A DNA stretch of 64,000 nucleotides from Minisyncoccota bacterium (GCA_041659845.1 JBAZXM010000001.1:124-64123), one strand, 5' to 3'. Positions 18,518-27,502 are shown, numbered from the stretch's first letter. The notes: generated by a model not told the origin, from the sequence alone. Made by a program: numbers and translations.

Positions 18518-21500
18518 ATGTCAACTATTTTTAAACATACCAAACTCTTTTTCAAACGAAACTCCATTCTTATCGTTTCGCTTGCTTCATTTGCGATCTT
18601 CTCCTCAGGATTACAACTCCTAGCATCATTCTCTCCTGGTCAAACACTAGATCCGAACTGTACCCCGGGATCAGTAGACTGCACCGTAGATGTCAGTAAT
18701 ACTCTTTCTAAAGGAACTTCATGGACTTCACGCACCAGCGCAGCGGATAATGATTGGAATGGCGTCGCATATGGCAATGGCCTCTTCGTGGCTGTTGCTA
18801 ATTCCGGTATTGGTAATCGTGTCATGACTTCACCCGATGGCATCAATTGGACAATCCGCACAAGTGCTTCTAACAATGCTTGGCGTGACATTACTTACGG
18901 CAACGGACTATTTGTGGCGGTTTCTCAGGATGGTGTAGGCAACCGCGTCATGACTTCACCTGACGGTATCACATGGACTTCACGTACCAGTGCGGCGGAT
19001 AATCAATGGCTTGGCGTCACTTACGGCAATGGCCTGTTCGTAGCCGTGTCTTTTGATGGCACCGGCAATCGTGTCATGACATCACCTGACGGTATTACAT
19101 GGACATCAAGAACAAGCGCAGCGGATAATAACTGGAGTAATATCACCTACGGCAACGGACTATTTGTGGCGGTAGCGCAAACCGGTACCGGCGACCGCGT
19201 CATGACTTCACCTGACGGTATCACCTGGACATCCCGCACCAGTGCGGCAGATAATGATTGGCTTGGCGTCACCTACGGCAATGGTCTTTTTGTAGCGGTA
19301 GCGCAAACCGGCACCGGCAACCGCGTTATGACCTCTCCAGACGGTATCACATGGACTTCACGCACTAGTGCGGCGGATAATACTTGGCGTTCAGTAGTAT
19401 ATGGAAATGGGCTTTTTGTAGGAGTTAGCTCTACCGGCACCGGCAACCGCGTTATGACCTCGCCAGACGGCATTACGTGGACAATTCGTACTAGCGCCGC
19501 GGATAACGGCTGGGATACAATTACCTATGGCAATGGCATGTTTGTTGCCGTAGGCTTTTCCGGCACCTCCAACCGTGTCATGACCTCCGGTAAAACCGAC
19601 TACATTCCATTTTCTCCGAATAATATTTTCCAAGGGGGAATGAATATTAACGGACTTGTCGGTATTGGAGGATCACCATCAGAAAATCTTACTATTACTA
19701 CATCTGACCTGGCTACAAATTTAACTTTTGGTATCAGAGCATTAACAGCTGGAGGTGCTTCATCAAGATCTATTTTTACTCAAAATGCTACAACAGGAGC
19801 ATTAACTCTTGGTGTGGATGTGGGATTAAATGGAACAGCAAGAGAATTTATTATTAATACCGGTTCGACAGAAAGAATGCGAATTGAATCTACGGGATTT
19901 GTAGGTATTAATGTAAACGCAACGTCACAGCCAGCATATCCTAATGCTAAATATATATTAGATGTTGCCGGCCCGACTATATTGGTTAGAAATTCAGCAG
20001 GAGGTAGATTCCTTGCAGAAGATACTGATGTTGCAGATGCAAGCAGTCCTTTTGCTTATTTTCAAAGTGACGGGGGAGTTATTAAAATAGGGAATGCAAA
20101 TAGAAATGCGGGGACAGGACTAACTACTGGAAGTGTAGATAGAATGACAATATTGGCTAATGGCAACCTCGGCATCGGGACGACTTCCCCCACCCAAAAA
20201 CTAGATGTTACGGGTTCTGGTAGATTCATAGGAACAGGCACTTCTGTTTTGACAGGAAGTATAGATCCAACAGCTTCCACCTCTGTCGTCGGAGTAGGAA
20301 CATTATTTACTACAGAATTAGCTGTGGGGGATAGTATTACTGTTAACGCAGAAACAAGAAGGGTAACAGTTATAACTGACGCTCTTAATCTTACTGTAGA
20401 TACCGCTTTTACTGATACCGCCAACGACACTTCGCCAGATAAACTAGTTCCTGTTTTGGATATTCAAAGCAGTATGGCTCAAATTTCAACAACGTTAAAG
20501 GTTTCAAACACTAGTGCAAGTGGTGGAAACATTTTACAGATGGATAGAGTTAATAATTCAAGAGCAAATGCTATAAATTTCACTACATTAGGAGCTTCAG
20601 ACTGGTATATGGGAGTATTGCGAAACGCAGGCAATCCTACCCAAACATTCGGTTTGAGTTTTGGTGATGCCAATTTGACCACGAATGGTTTTGTGGTGAA
20701 TAGTACTGGTAAATTTGGAATTGGAACGACTACTCCAACTACTCTTCTCTATGTCGGCAATTCATCAGTTTCAGGTATTGTTGCGACTTTTGAAAATTCA
20801 ACAGGAGTTTGCACAATCAATCCGACCACTTCTTCTGTCGGCTGTTCGTCCGACCAAAGTTTGAAACATGATATTACTACGCTCTCAAATTCAATGGATA
20901 AAATCCGCGCTCTTCGTGGAGTTAATTTCAAATGGAACGTTGATCAAGATTCTGACCCAATGCGAATCGGCTTCATCGCTCAAGAAGTGCAGTCTATTGT
21001 GCCAGAGCTCGTTTCCGATATGCCCAATGGAAAACTCGGAGTCAATTATGCAGGATTCACTCCACTCCTCATTGAAGGTATGAAAGATCTTGACCTCCGC
21101 TTGAAATCTCTGGAAACCCTTGATGACGGAACAGGTTCTTCACCTCTGAAGAAACTCATTATGGATTATCTTTTGAATACAGAGGAGAAGATTATGAATG
21201 GCATTGTCCGCGTGCAGGAACTCATCACTAACAAACTCACTGTTGGAAGTTCTTCACAGCCTGCAGGGGTGACATTGTTTGATCAAGTCACATCGAGTCC
21301 ATACTGTATCTCGGTTGCAAATGGAACACTCACGACGCTTTCAGGTGTGTGTGGTACTGCGGCAACACCATCCTCTCCTTCGATAGGCTCAGGATCTCCG
21401 ACAACCCCACCACCGAGCGATCCACTACCATCCGACCCTGATCCGTCGCCAGGAGGCGAGGAAGTACCTCCAACACCTTCTGATGAGAGCGTTACTCCAC

Positions 21501-21538
21501 CGGCTGATATTCCACCATCCGAACCTGTGGTTGAATAA
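18518..21538 (+). CDS. Large surface fibre-like protein: signal/TM anchor, 8x 40-aa BNR(Asp-box)-type repeats, beta-rich central region, C-terminal Peptidase-S74 intramolecular chaperone (auto-proteolytic) domain, Pro/Ser/Thr-rich tail
   Basis: Repeats RVMTSPDGITWTSRTSAADNxWxxVTYGNGLFVAV (S-x-D-G-x-T-W Asp-box); C-terminus SSDQSLKHDITTL...NFKWNVD....IGFIAQEVQSIVPELV...L.V.Y..LIEGMKDL matches endosialidase/tail-spike chaperone domain. Confidence 0.7.
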   Translation: MSTIFKHTKLFFKRNSILIVSLASFAIFSSGLQLLASFSPGQTLDPNCTPGSVDCTVDVSNTLSKGTSWTSRTSAADNDWNGVAYGNGLFVAVANSGIGNRVMTSPDGINWTIRTSASNNAWRDITYGNGLFVAVSQDGVGNRVMTSPDGITWTSRTSAADNQWLGVTYGNGLFVAVSFDGTGNRVMTSPDGITWTSRTSAADNNWSNITYGNGLFVAVAQTGTGDRVMTSPDGITWTSRTSAADNDWLGVTYGNGLFVAVAQTGTGNRVMTSPDGITWTSRTSAADNTWRSVVYGNGLFVGVSSTGTGNRVMTSPDGITWTIRTSAADNGWDTITYGNGMFVAVGFSGTSNRVMTSGKTDYIPFSPNNIFQGGMNINGLVGIGGSPSENLTITTSDLATNLTFGIRALTAGGASSRSIFTQNATTGALTLGVDVGLNGTAREFIINTGSTERMRIESTGFVGINVNATSQPAYPNAKYILDVAGPTILVRNSAGGRFLAEDTDVADASSPFAYFQSDGGVIKIGNANRNAGTGLTTGSVDRMTILANGNLGIGTTSPTQKLDVTGSGRFIGTGTSVLTGSIDPTASTSVVGVGTLFTTELAVGDSITVNAETRRVTVITDALNLTVDTAFTDTANDTSPDKLVPVLDIQSSMAQISTTLKVSNTSASGGNILQMDRVNNSRANAINFTTLGASDWYMGVLRNAGNPTQTFGLSFGDANLTTNGFVVNSTGKFGIGTTTPTTLLYVGNSSVSGIVATFENSTGVCTINPTTSSVGCSSDQSLKHDITTLSNSMDKIRALRGVNFKWNVDQDSDPMRIGFIAQEVQSIVPELVSDMPNGKLGVNYAGFTPLLIEGMKDLDLRLKSLETLDDGTGSSPLKKLIMDYLLNTEEKIMNGIVRVQELITNKLTVGSSSQPAGVTLFDQVTSSPYCISVANGTLTTLSGVCGTAATPSSPSIGSGSPTTPPPSDPLPSDPDPSPGGEEVPPTPSDESVTPPADIPPSEPVVE
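18720..19600 (+). repeat. Coding tandem repeat, 120-bp period x ~8 (near-identical at DNA level)
   Basis: ggtatcacatggacttcacg... blocks recur every 120 nt; explains spurious antisense ORFs 19273..19633. Confidence 0.8.
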
Positions 21539-21556
21539 TGGTGTATACTAAAAGAA

Positions 21557-23452
21557 GTGATAGACCATAATGAAAAAATTACATATTTCGCCGAGACTGA
21601 TTTTAGGAATAAACAAGCACGCTTTGGTATAAAGGCAAAAGACCGCACTCGCCACATGTATGTCATCGGTAAGACAGGCATGGGTAAATCAACCATACTT
21701 GAAAATATGGCGATTCAAGATATTCAGAACGGCGAAGGTCTTGCATTCATCGATCCCCACGGCGGAACTGCTGAAAAATTACTTGATTATGTTCCCGAAC
21801 ACCGTATTAAGGATGTCGTCTATTTTGCGCCGTTTGATGCTGAATATCCGATGTCATTCAATGTTCTTGAGGATATCGGCGCAGACAAACGCCACCTGGT
21901 TGTTTCCGGCTTAATGAGTGTCTTTAAGAAAATCTGGCAGGATGCATGGAGCGCTCGCATGGAGTACATTCTAAACAACACATTACTCGCATTACTCGAA
22001 TATCCGGGCTCAACTTTGATGGGAGTGAACAAAATGCTTTCGGATAAAGATTTCCGAAAAAAGATTGTCGATAACGTACAAGACCCGGCAGTGAAATCAT
22101 TCTGGGTTGATGAATATGCAAAGTATACGGAAAAGTTCGCTGCTGAGGCGACGCCGGCTATTCAGAACAAAGTCGGTCAGTACACATTAAACCCACTCAT
22201 TCGAAACATCATCGGTCAGCCGAAATCATCATTTGATATTCGCGAGTTGATGGATACGAAGAAAATTTTCATTATCAATCTCTCTAAGGGTCGTATCGGC
22301 GAGCAGAATATGAATTTGCTCGGCGGCATGTTCGTTACGAAAATCTACCTAGCCGCGATGTCGCGTGCCGACCTTTCCGAAGCGGAAATCGCCAAGCTTC
22401 CACCATTTTATCTTTATGTAGACGAGTTCCAAAATTTCGCCAACGAATCTTTTTCTCAAATTCTTTCCGAAGCTCGAAAGTACAAATTCGCTCTTACAGT
22501 CGCCAACCAATATGTCACTCAAATGGTCGAGGAAGTCCGCGATGCTATTTTCGGCAACGTCGGATCGATAATTTGCTATCGCGTCGGTCCCGCCGATGCT
22601 GACCTTTTTGAAAAAGAATTTGCTCCGCAGTTCACAGCTGAGGATATAGTAAACCTAGGCCAGTTCCAAATGTATTTACGCTTGATGATTGACGGTGTCG
22701 GCTCGAAGCCATTTTCTGCTCGTGGTATGGCGCCTATTCCGCGGCCGGAAATTTTCTATCGAGAGCAAATAATCGAGAGTTCTCGAAAAGTTTTCGCCCA
22801 CACTCGTGCTGAAGTCGAAGAGGGAATAAAAGCCTGGCACGATACAATTTCTCAAAAGCCGGAAAGGCCGAAACGTGAAGAAATGCCTGCTGGCGGAAAT
22901 GAGTACCAGAGGCCTAGAGAATTTTCCGACCGGCAATTCGAAAGGCCGAGGCAGAATTTCCCGCCGAGAAATGATGCTCCGCGCAGGTTTGAAGGCGAAA
23001 ATAACAGGAGAAGTTTTCCACCTACCCCACCTCGCCAGGAAGCGCCAATTCACAAGCCTTTTGTTAAAGTTTTTGAAAAACCTCAAAAATTCGAACAGCC
23101 TCGCGCTTCTTCTCCGAAATTAAAATCACTTTTGAATGAGCTCGAAAAAAGCGAACCTTCTACGAAGTCTACTATGCCCGCATCTATGCCAGTACTTCGT
23201 CCAGAACCTGAGAAAAAAACTCTTTCCCTTCATAATCTAAATAAAGCTTCAACAGGGAAATCACTCAACCTTTCCGGGCTCAAGGATGTACTTGCAAGCG
23301 CATTGAAGGATATGCCGGAAAAGCCACGCCCAGCACCAGCGCCAGCACCTAAAAAAGAAAGCGAGCCGGAGGAAAAAATCACAACAAACGAAACACAAAA
23401 AAAACAAACAAAAGAAGTCCCTGAAGATGTTCTTAGAAAAATTTTGGAATGA
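21557..23452 (+). CDS. TraD/VirD4/TrwB-like type-IV coupling-protein ATPase without N-terminal TM segment, with ~200-aa Arg/Pro/Glu-rich low-complexity C-terminal tail
   Basis: RHMYVIGKTGMGKSTILENM...LAFIDPHGG (H..V.G.TG.GKS / DPkGe pattern), later LYVDEFQNFA and KYKFALTVANQYVTQM (QS..QL-like) ; tail ERPKREEMPAGGNEYQRPREFSDRQFERPRQNFPPRNDAPRRFE... Confidence 0.6.
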   Translation: MIDHNEKITYFAETDFRNKQARFGIKAKDRTRHMYVIGKTGMGKSTILENMAIQDIQNGEGLAFIDPHGGTAEKLLDYVPEHRIKDVVYFAPFDAEYPMSFNVLEDIGADKRHLVVSGLMSVFKKIWQDAWSARMEYILNNTLLALLEYPGSTLMGVNKMLSDKDFRKKIVDNVQDPAVKSFWVDEYAKYTEKFAAEATPAIQNKVGQYTLNPLIRNIIGQPKSSFDIRELMDTKKIFIINLSKGRIGEQNMNLLGGMFVTKIYLAAMSRADLSEAEIAKLPPFYLYVDEFQNFANESFSQILSEARKYKFALTVANQYVTQMVEEVRDAIFGNVGSIICYRVGPADADLFEKEFAPQFTAEDIVNLGQFQMYLRLMIDGVGSKPFSARGMAPIPRPEIFYREQIIESSRKVFAHTRAEVEEGIKAWHDTISQKPERPKREEMPAGGNEYQRPREFSDRQFERPRQNFPPRNDAPRRFEGENNRRSFPPTPPRQEAPIHKPFVKVFEKPQKFEQPRASSPKLKSLLNELEKSEPSTKSTMPASMPVLRPEPEKKTLSLHNLNKASTGKSLNLSGLKDVLASALKDMPEKPRPAPAPAPKKESEPEEKITTNETQKKQTKEVPEDVLRKILE

Positions 23453-23504
23453 TTAACAATTTATTTTTAAGATATTAGTGCCCAGCATAATTTTGCTAAA
23501 CCAT

Positions 23505-24971
23505 ATGAAAAAATATTTTCTGTTTGCTGTGATTCTGTTCTCTTGTTCCGCTTTTCAAGTACATGCGCAATTTGTATTTACTGAAATAATGTACGATTTG
23601 CCCGGGACTGACACTGACCATGAATGGGTTGAAATACAGAATACAGGAGCCACTGATGCGGATGTAACTGATTGGAAATTTAATGATGGCTCTAATCATA
23701 ATTTAAATACTCCGCCGACAAACGGGTCTCAAGGTTCTTTTACAATTCCTGTCGGTGAGTATGCTATTTTAACTGCTGACGCGGTGAAATTTTTGTCTGA
23801 TTATTCCGGCTACGCTGGTACTGTTATCGATACAGTAATGAGTTTGAACAATACAACAGATACTCTTAAATTGATTGATAAAAACGGGATAGAAATCGAT
23901 TCCGTAACATACGATTCATCAATCGGTGCATCGGGTGATGGAAATACGATTCAAAAATCCAGCTCTTCTTGGATAGCGAGCTCTCCTACTGTGGGAATTT
24001 CTTATTCGGTATCTTCGCAAGGCGGAGGAACTGGCACTCAAGGGGTGACTAGCGGAACCACATCTGTAACTTCCCCCTCTATCCCAATGACCGCGAAAGA
24101 CGACGGCACTCCTAAAATAACTGCGGATATTATTTTGAAAAACACTCCGATTACGGGAGTAGATGCTATTTTTGATGCGGCTGTGATCGGCTACAGTAAA
24201 GAAAAGATTACTCGCGGGAAGTTCGTTTGGAATTTTGGCGACGGAGTGACGGAAGAAACTTCCGAAATAAAAAAGATGGAGCATATTTACGATTATCCGG
24301 GAGATTATGTCGTGATGCTTGAATATTACCCCAATTCTTATAGCACTGATCCTGATGCCACAGACCGACTTGTTATAAGTGTGCTTAAACAACAAGTTAT
24401 TATTTCATCTATAGGTTTCGATGCAAATCCGTATGTTGAAATTTCAAATACCGGAACTCACGAAATTGATCTCTCAAGATTCATTTTACGAGCATCTTCG
24501 GGTGCACAATTTGTGTTTCCCAAAAATACTATTGTACTAGGAAATAAAAAAATAATCCTTTCTCCCAAGATGACACATTTCACCGCAGATGATGTGAAAA
24601 CTGCAACACTTTTATATCCGAGCGGGGAAGTCGCATTTGCATATGAGTCTGCTTTAGAGAAAATAGAAAAGCAGCCAAGAGAACAAGTACAAGATGAGAA
24701 AATCATTCAGGTGGAAGATGCAACGAAATCAATTATCGCAACTAATAATGAGGAAGTTAAAAGTTCGTCTATCTTAAATTCAAGTATTTCTCCAGAAAAT
24801 CTTCAAGCGAATGCATTTAACGCACTACCCGAATCAACTTCAAGTTCTTTTGGATTGTGGGCTTTCGGACTTATCGTTTTGATGGCACTTGCCGGGGGAG
24901 CTGTTGTATTTTTGAGATTTAATTACAGTAAAGTCCAGTCAAAGGCAGATGATTTCGAAATTCTTGAATAA
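23505..24971 (+). CDS. Extracellular membrane-anchored protein: signal peptide, Lamin-tail domain (LTD), PKD-like domain, second LTD, C-terminal TM anchor (ORF-track start 23478; ATG at 23505 precedes signal peptide)
   Basis: FVFTEIMYDLPGTDTDHEWVEIQNTGATDADVTDWKF (LTD), GKFVWNFGDGVTEETSE...YPGDYVVML (PKD), NPYVEISNTGTHEIDLSRFIL (LTD), LWAFGLIVLMALAGGAVVFL anchor. Confidence 0.65.
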   Translation: MKKYFLFAVILFSCSAFQVHAQFVFTEIMYDLPGTDTDHEWVEIQNTGATDADVTDWKFNDGSNHNLNTPPTNGSQGSFTIPVGEYAILTADAVKFLSDYSGYAGTVIDTVMSLNNTTDTLKLIDKNGIEIDSVTYDSSIGASGDGNTIQKSSSSWIASSPTVGISYSVSSQGGGTGTQGVTSGTTSVTSPSIPMTAKDDGTPKITADIILKNTPITGVDAIFDAAVIGYSKEKITRGKFVWNFGDGVTEETSEIKKMEHIYDYPGDYVVMLEYYPNSYSTDPDATDRLVISVLKQQVIISSIGFDANPYVEISNTGTHEIDLSRFILRASSGAQFVFPKNTIVLGNKKIILSPKMTHFTADDVKTATLLYPSGEVAFAYESALEKIEKQPREQVQDEKIIQVEDATKSIIATNNEEVKSSSILNSSISPENLQANAFNALPESTSSSFGLWAFGLIVLMALAGGAVVFLRFNYSKVQSKADDFEILE

Positions 24972-24996
24972 TAATAATAATACACTTATTCCCATA

Positions 24997-26232
24997 ATGA
25001 CAACAATTACAGAAAATAAAAAAATCTTGATTGCCGGTGGCGGATTTGCCGGTATTCGCTCTGCGCTTGATCTTATAAAAAAGCATCCTTCTGCTTCAAT
25101 CACTCTCATCAACAACAAGCCGAATTTCGAATACTATCCCGGACTCTACCGCGTGGTCATGGATCATTCACCGATCAATGTCTGTATTCCTTATGAGCTT
25201 ATCTTTAAAGATCTACCAATAAAAGTGGTAGTCGATACGATTACTGGTGTTGATCTGATGGGGAAAAAAGTGGCAGGAGAGAAAGGTGCGTACTCCTACG
25301 ACACACTCGTGCTTGGCCTCGGCAGTGAGACGACTTACTTTAATCTGCCAGGGCTCGATACTCTTTCGTTCGGTTTCAAATCAGTCAAAGAAGCAATTAC
25401 GCTTAAAAACCATCTTCATGATTTATTTTTGGAACACACTCACCCTTCAAAAGAAGAAATGGTTTCTCATTTTCATGTGGTGCTTGTGGGAGGAGGAGCT
25501 TCGGGTGTTGAGCTTGCAGGCGATCTGATGCATCATTTGGAAACTATTGCCGAAATGCACAAAATTGATCCTTCACTCATAACCATCGATATAATCGAAG
25601 CGTCTTCCAGACTTGTGATGGCATTGCCAGAATCTGCATCGCAGAAAATTTTAAACCGCCTGCATAAACTCGGAGTCAATGTATTTTTGAATCGCGCTAT
25701 AGTCAAAGAAGAAATCGAGCAAGTGTATTTGAAAGACATGTCGATGAAATCAAAGACAGTCATCTGGACTGCAGGTACGAAAACGAATCATATCTATGGA
25801 GAAATATCTGGCCTTGAGCTTGATAAAAAGGGAAAAGTTGTAGTTGATGAATATTTACAAGCGAAGGGATTCGAAAATGTTTTTATTGTTGGTGATGCCG
25901 CCGCCACGTCATATGCCGGGTTAGCGCAAACGGCTCTTTATGATGGAAAATATGTTGCACGAACTATTGCTCACAAACTTTCAAATAAAAAACTAACACC
26001 ATATGTACCAAAGAAAAATGCTTATGTTATCCCTGTGGGCTATGGCTGGGGGATTGCCATAATAGGCAAATTCCAAATTACCGGATGGATTGCATGGATG
26101 CTTCGCCGATTTATCGATTTTAAATTCTTCTCAAGCATCTTGCCACTTAGTCACATCATTAAGATGTTCAAGGACGAAAAGCCTGATACTGTCTATTGCA
26201 ATGTTTGCGCAGGGTGTGAGGATGAGAAATAA
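24997..26232 (+). CDS. ndh: Type II NADH dehydrogenase-like FAD/NAD(P)-binding oxidoreductase (start at MTTITENKKILIAGGG)
   Basis: KKILIAGGGFAGI and VVLVGGGASGVELAGDL dinucleotide-binding motifs, GDAAAT. Confidence 0.7.
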   Translation: MTTITENKKILIAGGGFAGIRSALDLIKKHPSASITLINNKPNFEYYPGLYRVVMDHSPINVCIPYELIFKDLPIKVVVDTITGVDLMGKKVAGEKGAYSYDTLVLGLGSETTYFNLPGLDTLSFGFKSVKEAITLKNHLHDLFLEHTHPSKEEMVSHFHVVLVGGGASGVELAGDLMHHLETIAEMHKIDPSLITIDIIEASSRLVMALPESASQKILNRLHKLGVNVFLNRAIVKEEIEQVYLKDMSMKSKTVIWTAGTKTNHIYGEISGLELDKKGKVVVDEYLQAKGFENVFIVGDAAATSYAGLAQTALYDGKYVARTIAHKLSNKKLTPYVPKKNAYVIPVGYGWGIAIIGKFQITGWIAWMLRRFIDFKFFSSILPLSHIIKMFKDEKPDTVYCNVCAGCEDEK

Positions 26233-26235
26233 AAA

Positions 26236-26859
26236 TTATTTTTCCTTACTAATCTTTTTTAAAATCAGAGGAATCTTTTTGAAATCTGCGATAAGAACTT
26301 TCCGCATACTTCCGTTATAAAGAGCGGCCGCAGGGTGATATAGTGGGAAGAAATGTTTAGTAGAAATGTTCGGAAATTTTTTAATCAAAAGTTTGCCATG
26401 AATGTTCGAAATTTTTTCTGTCGGGAAAAAGTCATTCATAGAATGGCGTCCAAGGAAGATGATTAGTTTTGGCTTAATGATATTTAATTCTTCCACGAGC
26501 CAATCGTGGCACTCCGCTTTTTCTTTGGGTTCCGGATCACGATTATTCGGTGGGCGGTATTTCACAATATTGGTAATGTAAATATCTGATTTAGCGAAAT
26601 CATGCCGCGCACCGTCCGTTGAAGCGTGGCGGCTCATTTTTATCGTTTCAAGCATTTCCGATAAAAATTTCCCCGCCGTTCCAACGAACGGTTTTCCGAT
26701 TTCATCTTCTTTTTTTCCTGGCGCTTCACCGATGAAAACGATTTTAGCATTTGGATTACCGTCGCCAAATACAGGCTGTGTCGCCGTCTTTTTCAAACCA
26801 CACTTGCATTCATCTCTCCATCTTTCATTTAGTGCATCGAGGGCTACTTTCTTTGTCAT
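26236..26859 (-). CDS. Uracil-DNA glycosylase, family 4 (Fe-S type)
   Basis: PVFGDGNPNAKIVFIGEAPGKKEDEIGKPFVGTAGKFL; N-terminal CKCGL cysteines. Confidence 0.8.
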   Translation of the reverse strand: MTKKVALDALNERWRDECKCGLKKTATQPVFGDGNPNAKIVFIGEAPGKKEDEIGKPFVGTAGKFLSEMLETIKMSRHASTDGARHDFAKSDIYITNIVKYRPPNNRDPEPKEKAECHDWLVEELNIIKPKLIIFLGRHSMNDFFPTEKISNIHGKLLIKKFPNISTKHFFPLYHPAAALYNGSMRKVLIADFKKIPLILKKISKEK

Positions 26860-26907
26860 GCTTTTGATTATATAATAGAAATGTTACAAAGCTAATTTTT
26901 ATTTTTT

Positions 26908-27129
26908 ATGGAACATTATGTATGTACTGGAGGTTGTGGGGGAGTAAGTAATGAGGCGGGTGTATGCCAGACGGAAGGCTGTGTTCGTTTTGGTCAACCG
27001 CTTCATGAGTGTGGATGTGAGGATAATATGCACGAAGGTTTAACTAATGCCTGCAAAGATTGCGGAGAACTCTGCAAACAAAAAGGCGGATGCCAAGTAG
27101 AAGAATTTAAAACGGAAATTGAAGCGTAA
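26908..27129 (+). CDS. Small cysteine-rich protein (12 Cys in 73 aa), putative metal-binding
   Basis: MEHYVCTGGCGGVSNEAGVCQTEGCVRFGQPLHECGCEDNMHEGLTNACKDCGELCKQKGGCQ. Confidence 0.45.
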   Translation: MEHYVCTGGCGGVSNEAGVCQTEGCVRFGQPLHECGCEDNMHEGLTNACKDCGELCKQKGGCQVEEFKTEIEA

Positions 27130-27155
27130 GATAATATCTGTTATAGTCTCTCTAT

Positions 27156-27380
27156 ATGATAAAAGAATTTTTAATGAAACAAATGATGAAGCGCCAATTG
27201 AAGGGTATGCCTCAATCACAGCAGGATTTGATCATGAAAGTGGTAATGGAAAATCCCGAACTCTTCAAGAAAATCGGCGAAGAGATTAAAGCAAAGACCA
27301 AGGCCGGAATGGACGAAACAGCAGCGAGTATGACAGTCATGCGCAAATACCAAGGCGAGCTTGCTAAGGTAATGAAATAG
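27156..27380 (+). CDS. Small methionine-rich protein (11 Met in 74 aa)
   Basis: MIKEFLMKQMMKRQLKGMPQSQQDLIMKVVMENPELFKK...; followed by hairpin terminator. Confidence 0.45.
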   Translation: MIKEFLMKQMMKRQLKGMPQSQQDLIMKVVMENPELFKKIGEEIKAKTKAGMDETAASMTVMRKYQGELAKVMK

Positions 27381-27398
27381 GTTTTATTAATAAAATAA

Positions 27399-27431
27399 AA
27401 AGCCTGCAAGTTTTTACTTACAGGCTTTTTT
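27399..27431 (+). terminator. Rho-independent terminator
   Basis: agcctgcaagt tttt acttacaggct + T5. Confidence 0.7.
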
Positions 27432-27502
27432 AGCACCTAAATTATTGACTTATCGATAAATATATGATATATTTTCAGTAAATTATTTTAAAACTTTAAA
27501 CT

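Noticed and set aside
19273-19633. Minus-strand ORFs (66 and 80 aa) inside the fibre gene
   Set aside because: They are artefacts of the 120-bp tandem repeats producing open antisense frames, and they are fully embedded in a well-supported plus-strand CDS.
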